Below, in pieces: positions 1-8,825 of a stretch of DNA of 64,000 nt (the stretch's first letter is position 1; the number at the start of each line of letters is the position of its first letter). This DNA is from an uncultured cyanobacterium (lineage in GTDB: Bacteria; Cyanobacteriota; Cyanobacteriia; Cyanobacteriales; CAWUOF01), in contig CAVUSO010000001.1 of NCBI GenBank assembly GCA_963744145.1, positions 800,001-864,000 of the forward strand, given 5' to 3'. The position numbers were made by a program, and so were the translations under genes. Under the pieces are notes generated by a model. That model was not told where the DNA came from. It saw only the letters and a program-made list of their open reading frames with translations, and searched no databases.

Positions 1-829
1 AGAATTTACTAAAAGCAAATTAGTTGGATATTCATGGGCGGCAAAAGAGCAGACTTATGGTGGGATAAAGCAAAGATGGCTAGTTGTGGAAAGTCAAGAA
101 AGAAGAGAATCAGATTTACGGAAATTATCACAGAAAATTAGTAAATCCGCCACCAAACTGAACAGCGAATTAGGAAAATTATCCCAAGATAGATTTGCCT
201 GTAAAGCTGATGCAGTCAAGGCATTAACTCACCTATCGAAATCCTTTAAATATCATCAAATTGAACCAAAAGAAGTAAGGGAAATCAGACCAGATAAATT
301 AGATAAAAGTCAAAAAAAGTGTTATCAAATTCTCGGCAGTTTTACCGAGGATAAAAGCCAAATTGAACAAGAAACTAACAGTGCAGGTAGATTCATAATT
401 GCGACGAACGTTTTAGCAGAAAGCGAAATTAGTAATGAGGCAATGCTGACTGAGTATAAGGCACAGCAATCCTGTGAAAGAGGATTTGGTTTTCTTAAAG
501 ATCCCACATTTTTTGCAGATAGTGTTTATCTGAAAAGTCCCGAACGCATCGAATCATTAGCAGCAATTATGGGGCTAGGTTTACTGGTTTATACCCTAGC
601 ACAAAGACAAATACGAGCCGCTTTATCAGCAGCAAAATCAACCATAAAAAATCAGTTAGGGAAAGCAACAGACCGTCCAACAGCTAAATGGATATTTCAA
701 TGCTTTCAAGCAATTCACCTGGTCACATTTCAACAACAACAACAAGTATCTAATTGGAGTAATGAACGTGAATTTATCCTGACCCTGCTACCAGAAGATT
801 GTCGGCGCTACTATAAATTTATCACTTAA
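1..829 (+). CDS. IS1634-family transposase, 5'-truncated by the window edge
   Basis: Frame is open from base 2 (EFTKSKLVGYSW...). Motifs GRFIIATN, YKAQQSCERGFGFLKDP, YLKSPERIESL and PTAKWIFQCF. Confidence 0.92.
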   Translation, partial: EFTKSKLVGYSWAAKEQTYGGIKQRWLVVESQERRESDLRKLSQKISKSATKLNSELGKLSQDRFACKADAVKALTHLSKSFKYHQIEPKEVREIRPDKLDKSQKKCYQILGSFTEDKSQIEQETNSAGRFIIATNVLAESEISNEAMLTEYKAQQSCERGFGFLKDPTFFADSVYLKSPERIESLAAIMGLGLLVYTLAQRQIRAALSAAKSTIKNQLGKATDRPTAKWIFQCFQAIHLVTFQQQQQVSNWSNEREFILTLLPEDCRRYYKFIT

Positions 830-1165
830 TCCTCTTGCTAATATAGCATAAATATATTTAGCTTGAATGAGTTCTTGAATTTAATTAAGAGCTAAGAATT
901 AACCTATCTTAACTAGAGATTGTTCAGTTATTAACTAACAAAACTGAGTTAAGAGAGCTAGTCAACACCAAAATTTATTGAAAAAACGGGCCGAAATCCT
1001 CATTTTCTACTTATTGCTAATAATTATTAATAAACTAGAGATTGATGACCTGACCATCAAGGTTTAAAAACCTCTTTTTTGACGATAGTGGGCCAAAATT
1101 TCAGCTTTGATAGAGGTTTATTTCAGTAATTACGAATTGTGACAGTTCAGGGTGCGGAATGTGGG
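1..1165 (+). mobile_element. IS1634-family element, right part
   Basis: Transposase, an AT-rich tail, then GGTGCGGAATGTGGG (1151-1165). This resembles cyanobacterial IS1634 ends and abuts a REP element. Confidence 0.75.
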
Positions 1166-1167
1166 TT

Positions 1168-1409
1168 GTAGGGGTGAAGCATTCGGGCGATAATTGAATG
1201 ATCAAACCAGTAATATTAGATCCGAATGCTTCACCCTTCTTTTGCGTCGAGATATCAAAAATATCCTTAACTGAACCTTGTTGATATATATAGTTGATCT
1301 GTTTGCTTCATAAATGGTGAGGGCAAAGCATTTCGGTAATATTATACTTCGTTTGGGCAATCATTTATTCGCCGAAATGCTTTGCCCCTACAGTTAACTG
1401 AACTTTATT
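1168..1409. repeat. Composite REP/MITE element, family A (two GTAG-type hairpin units)
   Basis: GTAGGGGTGAAGCATTCGG...CCGAATGCTTCACCC and GGGCAAAGCATTTCGG...CCGAAATGCTTTGCCCCTAC, each followed by TTAACTGAAC. Confidence 0.85.
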
Positions 1410-1423
1410 GGGGAATAGTCTTG

Positions 1424-1744
1424 CTAATCGCTGGTCTTCATAGAACTAGCTATCTTCAGTAACATTCGCAATGCTTCATTTACAGCAGCAGAATTATTAA
1501 ATACTGCTGCTACATCTGGATCAAGAATAACCTGGCGATCGCTGATCAGCCCCATAGTATATTTAGCTTGAATACCTGTTGAAAAATTGTACTCAGGTTG
1601 CATTTCATCATTTTCATATTGATTAAAAATTTCTATTATCTTTTCTTTTAATTCGTGCATTTCTTTCAATCTAGGCGATATATTTTTAACTTGAATAAGT
1701 TGCTCCAATTGCTTCTTAGTTAATTCATCTTCATTCATCAGCAA
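1424..1744 (-). pseudogene. Chimeric ORF: ISL3-like transposase fragment fused to a BrnA-like antitoxin fragment
   Basis: The N-part LMNEDELTKKQLEQL..MHELKEKI resembles the interior of ISL3 transposases. The C-part DEMQPEYNFS..LDPDVA..VNEALR resembles small antitoxins found with BrnT toxins. Confidence 0.5.
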
Positions 1745-1800
1745 CGTTCCCTTTGCTAAAGCGCAACTACATACCTTTTTTAAGATGCCATTTGTCTAAA

Positions 1801-1840
1801 TACTGATTTACTGATTACTGATTTACTGATATACTGATTA
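1801..1840. repeat. Short tandem repeat of TACTGAT(T), 5 copies (STRR-like)
   Basis: tactgatt tactgat tactgatt tactgata tactgatt. Confidence 0.8.
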
Positions 1841-1895
1841 AGTTAAATTGACTTACTGCTTTTAATATTTACTGTAAATCAAAATACTTTAATCG

Positions 1896-2357
1896 CTATA
1901 TCGTATCTATGTGCGTAATTTTCCAGATTCCGTGAGGTGGTTCTGGAGAAATTTCAATATAAATCCGTCCAGAGCCAAAAGATTTAATAGGAATAACTAA
2001 TAAAGTTAGATAAAGTTGAAAGTCTATAATTGCTTTAAAAATTTCTGGAGTATCTTCAAAAATTTGGTAAACATTTATATTTAGATTAGGATTGATTACT
2101 GCTGGTAATTTATTAAAATTATAGCTAAACAACGCAAATATGTCAGCTTTCTTGCTAGTTCCATAAAAATTCCCCGAGTAAGAATTAGCAAATAAAGAAT
2201 ATATTTCTGTAGCGTTTTTAGAATCATATCCAGCTTTAAATTTTTGAAATAAAGCCAGAATATTACCTTTTAGCCGTTCCGGATTTTCGCCTTTTTTAGA
2301 CCATACGTAAATTCCCTCTGCCAATTCCCTTGCGATTAGAAAAGCATCGTAAATCAT
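1896..2357 (-). CDS. Hypothetical protein, possibly NTF2-like fold
   Basis: 153-aa ORF with an AAGGAA RBS. Helix then beta-strand pattern ending WKITHID. Confidence 0.6.
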   Translation of the reverse strand: MIYDAFLIARELAEGIYVWSKKGENPERLKGNILALFQKFKAGYDSKNATEIYSLFANSYSGNFYGTSKKADIFALFSYNFNKLPAVINPNLNINVYQIFEDTPEIFKAIIDFQLYLTLLVIPIKSFGSGRIYIEISPEPPHGIWKITHIDTI

Positions 2358-2505
2358 AAGTTATTTCCTTTGGAATAAAATATTACTGCTATCTTCCGAT
2401 AACCAAAAAAAATAGGTATAATAATTGTACATAGGCTAATTTCCCTTGCTGTGTCAACTAATTTATTTTTGATTTTATCACTTAAAACAATTTATTTTTC
2501 TGATG

Positions 2506-3739
2506 TCATTTGCCCTCAAGAGTAGGTGATTTTAGCTTTTCTCCTGGTTCTAAAATTAAGTAGCCGTTAACACCTGACGATTCTGGCAGTTCTTTAATTT
2601 TATTCTCAAACTCAGATGGAGTCATTTCCTGGTTTTTTAAAACTTCATACTGTGCTAGATATCCTTCTAAAACTTTACTCCTTGCCATCAGCTTTCTCAA
2701 AGCAGGAATAACCATTTTTTGCTCTTTCTCTAATCCAACACCAATATTCTTATTAAGACCAGATCCTCCATGCATTGGAATCCAATTTTTTGCATACCAA
2801 GCTTCATCAATTTTACCTCTAAATTCATCGATCCAAGTAAATCCTTTTTGTTCTTTGTAGACAAAATCTAACCATTCAACTAACTCCGAAACTGATACAA
2901 GTTTAACAAAGTCACTTGCTAAAAAACGTTCTGGATAATCTGATACCAATATCTTTTGTGCAATTCGGTGAGCTTCTTTTTGCCAAAACAAGTTAGCGTC
3001 ATCTATTTCTTTATAGGCAATATCATACATTCCCAATTCAGCAGTACAGCGAATTTGAGCAAGTGCAGTTAACGAAAAATATTCCTCACTTGCCATTGCT
3101 GTTTCTATAGTACCTGGCTTCTGATAAAACTTCCCGATAACGCATATTTATTGCGGCTAGGGTATTTCTTGAGTTATGCAGCATGGTATGACGGTGCTGG
3201 GAAGCAGTATTAGAATCAATTTTGAGGAGTTCACTAAGTGCAGCTTGGAGCTTTCCCCGTTCAGTGCTTGCTAGAAAATGATTAATAGTTTGTACATCTT
3301 TCTGAATTTCTTTTAATCTATTATCAATAGTGTTTAGTTTTTTGTTCATAGCAGCAAATCCGATCATGCTTACTGCTAAACCCAACCCAGACAAAACTGC
3401 TGTTCCTGTAGCAATCTGAAGAATTTGATAGGTTGTTTGTACCTGGGAATAAATTTGCTTTGACAGTTGTATTAATTGATATTTATTAGCCAGTTCAATA
3501 TTCTTTAATTCGTTTATTTGAAAATTTGCAATAATTCCGGGGATAAAATCAAGACCTGGAATAATATTGAGCAAATTCGTACTAGCCACTGGAATGAGAT
3601 GCCGGACAATTTGACCTGCGTTTTCTGTTCCTGCTGCCCAACGGATCACGCCTCCATAAATTTTGTATTGTTCTGTTATTAGTCCTACTAGAACGTCATA
3701 AGGGATAGTTCTGGCAAGATTCCAATCTGGAAATATCAT
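2506..3739 (-). pseudogene. Hypothetical membrane/coiled-coil protein split by a +1 frameshift near 3113
   Basis: ORFs 3086..3739 and 2506..3096 overlap. Removing one base in GCCAGGTACT gives a continuous LSEA-x-TIETAMASEEYF. Confidence 0.65.
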
Positions 3740-3952
3740 AGTAACCTCGGGTTTTTATTATATATCGTAACGTTTACAGAAGCATATACAGAACTTACAG
3801 CAACGTGAAATCAATGGGTTGAGATTGTTTGACGACTTACCGCTACACCAAAGCAAGCTACGCAATAACATCGATATGCTCACATGACATTATATATAGA
3901 ACTTACATTGATGTCAAATTAATAGGCTAAGATTGCTTTATTGCGATCGCGG

Positions 3953-4225
3953 TGGTAAATCAATCGAAAACTCAGCAAGTGTTGGAACTGGTGAGAGAAA
4001 TAGGACTGTCCCCAAGATTTAGCACTACCGGATTCATCGAGAGTCTCTGTGATGGTTCTTCAAATACCGCCATAAGATTGGTTTGAACGTAGCACTGGAA
4101 GCTCTATGGGAGTGCTGGCGCGATCGCCCGCGCGATTGTCCGATGGACGAACTCTGGCACTATGCCCAAATCTGTCGGGTAAATAATGTCATGCGTCCTT
4201 ACCTGGAGTCGGTCACTAGAATAAG
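3953..4225 (+). pseudogene. AbiEi-family (type IV TA) antitoxin remnant with an internal deletion
   Basis: Manual translation gives SKTQQVLELVREIG (N-terminus), then FKYRHKIGLNVALEALWECWRDR..MDELWHYAQICRVNNVMRPYLESV (C-terminus). The middle is absent. Confidence 0.75.
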
Positions 4226-4269
4226 CTGTATTATTAATATTTCCTATATTTTTCTAAACTAAACCGATC

Positions 4270-4578
4270 GTGACCACAGGTGGAATTCCCAATGAAATTC
4301 CCAGCAATTTAAAAGAACAACTCCTTTTACAAGACGCTAAAGCTGGCAATTGTAGACCCATTCAAGTTGGTACAGATAAATTACTTGGAGATGCACTAAG
4401 ACTAGTAGCTATTTATGGCGGTAATTATGAAGATTGGGATAAAATGACAAGTAACCAAGCCTTTGAAATTAATGGAGCATCTGTACAAGTTCATTGGTTC
4501 CGTAATAGTCAAACCCTTCAAGATATTGAATTCAAATTCAAACGTCAGTATCCAAAAACAGCCCCTAAAAATTTGTAG
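4270..4578 (+). CDS. Small protein resembling a polymorphic-toxin C-terminal nuclease domain
   Basis: NLKEQL..RLVAIYGG..W.KM..VHWFRN..EFKFK pattern. Lies 11 bp upstream of its partner gene. Confidence 0.55.
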   Translation: MTTGGIPNEIPSNLKEQLLLQDAKAGNCRPIQVGTDKLLGDALRLVAIYGGNYEDWDKMTSNQAFEINGASVQVHWFRNSQTLQDIEFKFKRQYPKTAPKNL

Positions 4579-4589
4579 GGAATTTAATT

Positions 4590-5093
4590 ATGAAAATTCG
4601 TTGTATTGCCAATACTGGAGCAGCGCTTCCCGATCGCTACCTCGATTCAAGAAGAGGTTACAAAAAAGAAACCGAATTTCCGCTAACAGTTGGAAAGGAT
4701 TATATTGTTTACACTTTCTCAGTCAAATTGGGGCAAGTTTGGTATTATATCTGTGAGGATAACTATATGTATTATCCGATGCGAAGTCCTGCACCGTTAT
4801 TTGAGGTAGTTGATAACAAAATGTCTATTTATTGGAGGTTTAAACTTTCTCCTACTGGGTTGTTAGAAGTTGCCTTTGAACAGTGGATATCTGATCCTTA
4901 TTTTTACGATAAACTAACAGATCAAAAAGAAGAAGAAGTTTTAATTTTTGAGAAAATTAAAGAACTAATAGATGCAGAAGATATTTCTGGTCAAGCTCAA
5001 TTTTGGGAATTAAATAAGTCTAAATCAAATCGGCTCATCCCCAAAATAGAAGATCATCTTATGCGATCACATTTCTCTACAAACGCACCCTGA
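4590..5093 (+). CDS. Putative immunity/antitoxin partner
   Basis: 167-aa acidic, aromatic-rich ORF (MKIRCI..LTVGKDYIVY..PLFEVVD) directly after the small basic ORF. Confidence 0.55.
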   Translation: MKIRCIANTGAALPDRYLDSRRGYKKETEFPLTVGKDYIVYTFSVKLGQVWYYICEDNYMYYPMRSPAPLFEVVDNKMSIYWRFKLSPTGLLEVAFEQWISDPYFYDKLTDQKEEEVLIFEKIKELIDAEDISGQAQFWELNKSKSNRLIPKIEDHLMRSHFSTNAP

Positions 5094-5147
5094 AATAAGA
5101 AATATCTCTCTCGACCATTACCCACTAAATATACTTGTTTTTTTTGC

Positions 5148-5630
5148 TCAATTAGAACTCTCTGGTAATTGATTAGGTTGAAAAACTAGGATTGATTTAT
5201 CATCAGTATCTATAACCCAACCTAACTGTGTTCCGTGTTTAATAGAGAAAAGAATTTTGTTAATTATCTTAGTAGTAGATTGCTCTGGTGATAAAATTTC
5301 AATTATCCAATCTGGGGCAATTTCGACTTTATTAGCAATTTCTCCATTTGGGTCAATCGGAATCCGTGACCATTCAAATACTGCAAGATCGGGCACAATT
5401 GAAAGCCCCCCAAATGTACAACGTAATTCGGTAAAAGCACGAGCTAATTTTTGAGGTCTTCCAATTTGATTTATCGCAGGTGCTAAATCAGTTTGAATTA
5501 TACTATGTTTTCCTTGAGGCATCGGTTTTTGATAAATTTCTCCATCAATGTACTCACTAGCGGGTTTGGTTTCTGGTAATTGCAAAAACTCAGCTAAAGA
5601 TATCTGTGATTTATTTATTGATAAGACCAT
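5148..5630 (-). pseudogene. Uma2 (DUF820) endonuclease, 3'-truncated copy of 6434..6997
   Basis: Nearly identical to 6434..6997 up to QLPES, then stops; about 27 aa are missing. Confidence 0.85.
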
Positions 5631-5645
5631 GTTTAGTACCTCTGA

Positions 5646-6209
5646 TTAAGTTAAATACAGACATTGAAATAAACTATTCACTGAAATTTGCCAATCACCT
5701 AATACATCTAAGCCTGTTAAAATTTCATCACCTGATTTAACAATCGGGGCGCGATCGCGTTCAAAAACTATCACAGATTCATCATCAGGATTCATAAACC
5801 AACCTAATTTTGTACCATGATTTAAACAAAAAGTAATTTTCTTAATTACCCGACTAGCAGATTGTTCAGGAGAGAGAATTTCAATTGTCCAATCGGGCGC
5901 AATTTCAAAGCGATCGGCAATTCTTCCTTTCTGATCTTTAGGAATACGCGACCATTCAAATACTGTCACATCGGGCACAACTGAACCACCACCAAAAGTG
6001 CAGCGTAATTCAGGAAAAGCACAAACTAATTTTTGAGGTTCACCTACTTGCGAAATTACATCTAATAAATATTTTTGTAATCGACTGTGTTTTCCTTGGG
6101 GCATAGGTTTTTGATAAATATCTCCGTCAATATAATCGCTAGCAGGTTCAGTTTCTGACAATGACAAAAACTCTTGTAATGAAATTTTCTGAGATGATTG
6201 AACTATCAT
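5646..6209 (-). CDS. Uma2 (DUF820) family endonuclease
   Basis: YIDG..P..HS, VPDV and APDWTIEILSP motifs. GGAGGA RBS before the ATG at 6209. Confidence 0.93.
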   Translation of the reverse strand: MIVQSSQKISLQEFLSLSETEPASDYIDGDIYQKPMPQGKHSRLQKYLLDVISQVGEPQKLVCAFPELRCTFGGGSVVPDVTVFEWSRIPKDQKGRIADRFEIAPDWTIEILSPEQSASRVIKKITFCLNHGTKLGWFMNPDDESVIVFERDRAPIVKSGDEILTGLDVLGDWQISVNSLFQCLYLT

Positions 6210-6360
6210 AAGTCCTCCTGAAATCAACCTAACGAACAAATTATCTGTGGTTATTGTGATTAGTTCTGCTCTTTGGTTTTCATAGATAATAGCACATCTT
6301 CAGGCTGTAAAGGTGAAGGAGGTTGAGAAATACCTGGGAAGAATCATCTTCAAAAAACAA
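6210..6360 (-). pseudogene. Degraded remnant of the helicase 3' end
   Basis: Reads QPEDVLLSMKT and PQIICSLG*FQEDL, matching EGVLLYMKT and PQIMCSLGLFQEDL of 8822..11515. Confidence 0.75.
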
Positions 6361-6433
6361 CCGCACGCTCTCGCGTTCACCCCTACAATTAACTGAACTG
6401 TATTGAAATATGGATGGGATTGACAGAATTTAT

Positions 6434-6997
6434 TTAAAAAATCAACCAGGAAAATATATCTGCTGCTGAAATTTGCCAGCTTGCTAATACATCTAGCACA
6501 GGTAAAATATCTGTATTAGATTTACTTTCTGGTAATTGATTAGGTTGAAAAACTAGGATTGATTTATCATCAGTATCCATAACCCAACCTAACCGTGTTC
6601 CGTGTTTAATAGAGAACAGAATTTTGTTAATTATCTTAGTAGTAGATTGCTCTGGTGATAAAATTTCAATTATCCAATCTGGGGCAATTTCGACTTTATT
6701 AGCAATTTCTCCATTTGGGTCAATCGGAATCCGTGACCATTCAAATACTGCAAGATCGGGCACAATTGAACGCCCCCCAAATGTACAACGTAATTCGGTA
6801 AAAGCACGAGCTAATTTTTGAGGTCTTCCAATTTGATTTATCGCAGGTGCTAAATCAGTTTGAATTATACTATGTTTTCCTTGAGGTATCGGTTTTTGAT
6901 AAATTTCTCCATCAATGTACTCACTAGCAGGTTTGGTTTCTGGCAATTGCAAAAACTCAGCTAAAGATATCTGTGATTTATTGATTGATAATACCAT
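6434..6997 (-). CDS. Uma2 family endonuclease
   Basis: EYIDG, IVPDL and APDWIIEILSP motifs. GAGG RBS. Confidence 0.93.
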   Translation of the reverse strand: MVLSINKSQISLAEFLQLPETKPASEYIDGEIYQKPIPQGKHSIIQTDLAPAINQIGRPQKLARAFTELRCTFGGRSIVPDLAVFEWSRIPIDPNGEIANKVEIAPDWIIEILSPEQSTTKIINKILFSIKHGTRLGWVMDTDDKSILVFQPNQLPESKSNTDILPVLDVLASWQISAADIFSWLIF

Positions 6998-7012
6998 ATT
7001 TAGTACCTCTGA

Positions 7013-7579
7013 TTAAGTTAAATAGAGACATTGAAATAAACTATTCACTGAAACTTGCCAATCACCTAATACATCTAATCCTGTTAAAATTTCATCACCT
7101 GATTTAACGACAGGATGGCGATCGCGTTCAAAAATTATCACAGATTCATCATCAGGATTCATAAACCAACCTAATTTTGTACCATAATTTAAACAAAAAG
7201 TAATTTTCTTAATTACCCGACTAGCAGATTGTTCAGGAGAGAGAATTTCAATTGTCCAATCTGGGGCAATTTCAAAACGATTAACTGTTCTACCATTAGC
7301 TAAACGAGGAATACGCGACCATTCAAATACTGTCACATCGGGCACAACTGAACTACCCCCAAAAGTACAGCGTAATTCAGGAAAGGCATAAGCTAATTTT
7401 TGCGGTTTAGCTATCTGATTAATAGCTGATACTAGCTCACCTTGGATTATACTGTGTTCTCCTTGAGGCATAGGTTTTTGATAAATATCTCCATCAATGT
7501 AATCGCTAGCGGGTTCGGTTTCTGGTAATTGCAAAAACTCAGCTAAAGACATCTGCGATTTATTGATCGATAATACCAT
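7013..7579 (-). CDS. Uma2 family endonuclease (chimeric)
   Basis: Uma2 motifs. N-terminus of the 6434 type, C-terminus of the 5646 type. Confidence 0.93.
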   Translation of the reverse strand: MVLSINKSQMSLAEFLQLPETEPASDYIDGDIYQKPMPQGEHSIIQGELVSAINQIAKPQKLAYAFPELRCTFGGSSVVPDVTVFEWSRIPRLANGRTVNRFEIAPDWTIEILSPEQSASRVIKKITFCLNYGTKLGWFMNPDDESVIIFERDRHPVVKSGDEILTGLDVLGDWQVSVNSLFQCLYLT

Positions 7580-7594
7580 ATTTAGTACCTCTGA

Positions 7595-8161
7595 TTAAGT
7601 TAAATAGAGACATTGAAATAAACTATTCACTGAAACTTGCCAATCACCTAATAGCTCTAAACCTGTTAAAATATCATCACCAGATTTGACAACCGGATGG
7701 CGATCGCGTTCAAAAACTGTCACAGATTCATCATCAGGATTCATAAACCAACCTAATTTTGTACCATGATTTAAACAAAAAGTAATTTTCTTAATTACCC
7801 GACTAGCAGATTGTTCAGGAGAGAGAATTTCAATTGTCCAATCGGGCGCAATTTCAAAGCGATTAGCTATTCTACCATTAGCTAAACGAGGAATACGCGA
7901 CCATTCAAATACTGTCACATCGGGCACAACCGAACCACCACCAAAAGTACAGCGTAACTCAGGAAAAGCACAAACTAATTTTTGAGGTTCACCTACTTGC
8001 GAAATTACATCTAATAAATATTTTTGTAATCGACTATGTTGTCCTTGTGGCATAGGTTTTTGATGAATTTCTCCGTCATCAATATAATCGCTAGCAGGTT
8101 CGGTTTCTGGCAATGACAAAAACTCTTGTAATGAAATTTTCTGAGATGATTGAACTATCAT
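7595..8161 (-). CDS. Uma2 family endonuclease
   Basis: Uma2 motifs. ATG at 8161 after GGAGGA. Confidence 0.93.
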   Translation of the reverse strand: MIVQSSQKISLQEFLSLPETEPASDYIDDGEIHQKPMPQGQHSRLQKYLLDVISQVGEPQKLVCAFPELRCTFGGGSVVPDVTVFEWSRIPRLANGRIANRFEIAPDWTIEILSPEQSASRVIKKITFCLNHGTKLGWFMNPDDESVTVFERDRHPVVKSGDDILTGLELLGDWQVSVNSLFQCLYLT

Positions 8162-8261
8162 AAGTCCTCCTAAAATAAACCTAACGAACAAATTATCTGT
8201 GGTTCCCGCTTTTGTCCTTCTACGATTTATTGATCGATAATACCATATTTAGTACCTCTGA

Positions 8262-8825
8262 TTAAGTTAAATACAGACATTGAAATAAACTATTCACTGA
8301 AACTTGCCAATCACCTAATACATCTAATCCTGTTAAAATTTCATCACCTGATTTAACAACCGGAGCGCGATCGCTTTCAAAAATTATCACAGATTCATCA
8401 TCAGGATTCATAAACCAACCTAATTTTGTCCCATGATTTAAACAAAAAGTAATTTTCTTAATTACCCGACTAGCAGATTGTTCAGGAGAGAGAATTTCAA
8501 TTGTCCAATCGGGCGCAATTTCAAAGCGATCGGCGATTCTTCCTTTCTGATCTTTAGGAATACGTGACCATTCAAATACTGTCAAATCGGGTACAACTGA
8601 ACCACCACCAAAAGTACAGCGTAATTCAGGAAAAGCATAAGCTAATTTTTGAGAGTTACCAACTGAATTAATCTTAGTTCCTAAATTCATTTGCAAAATG
8701 CTATGTTTTCCCTGGGGCATAGGTTTTTGATAAATTTCTCCGTCAATGTAATCGCTAGCAGGTTCGGTTTCTGGCAATGACAAAAACTCTGGTAATGAAA
8801 TTTTCTGAGATGATTGAACTATCAT
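8262..8825 (-). CDS. Uma2 family endonuclease, translationally coupled to the helicase
   Basis: Its ATG overlaps the helicase TGA (ATGA at 8825-8822). Uma2 motifs present. Confidence 0.93.
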   Translation of the reverse strand: MIVQSSQKISLPEFLSLPETEPASDYIDGEIYQKPMPQGKHSILQMNLGTKINSVGNSQKLAYAFPELRCTFGGGSVVPDLTVFEWSRIPKDQKGRIADRFEIAPDWTIEILSPEQSASRVIKKITFCLNHGTKLGWFMNPDDESVIIFESDRAPVVKSGDEILTGLDVLGDWQVSVNSLFQCLYLT

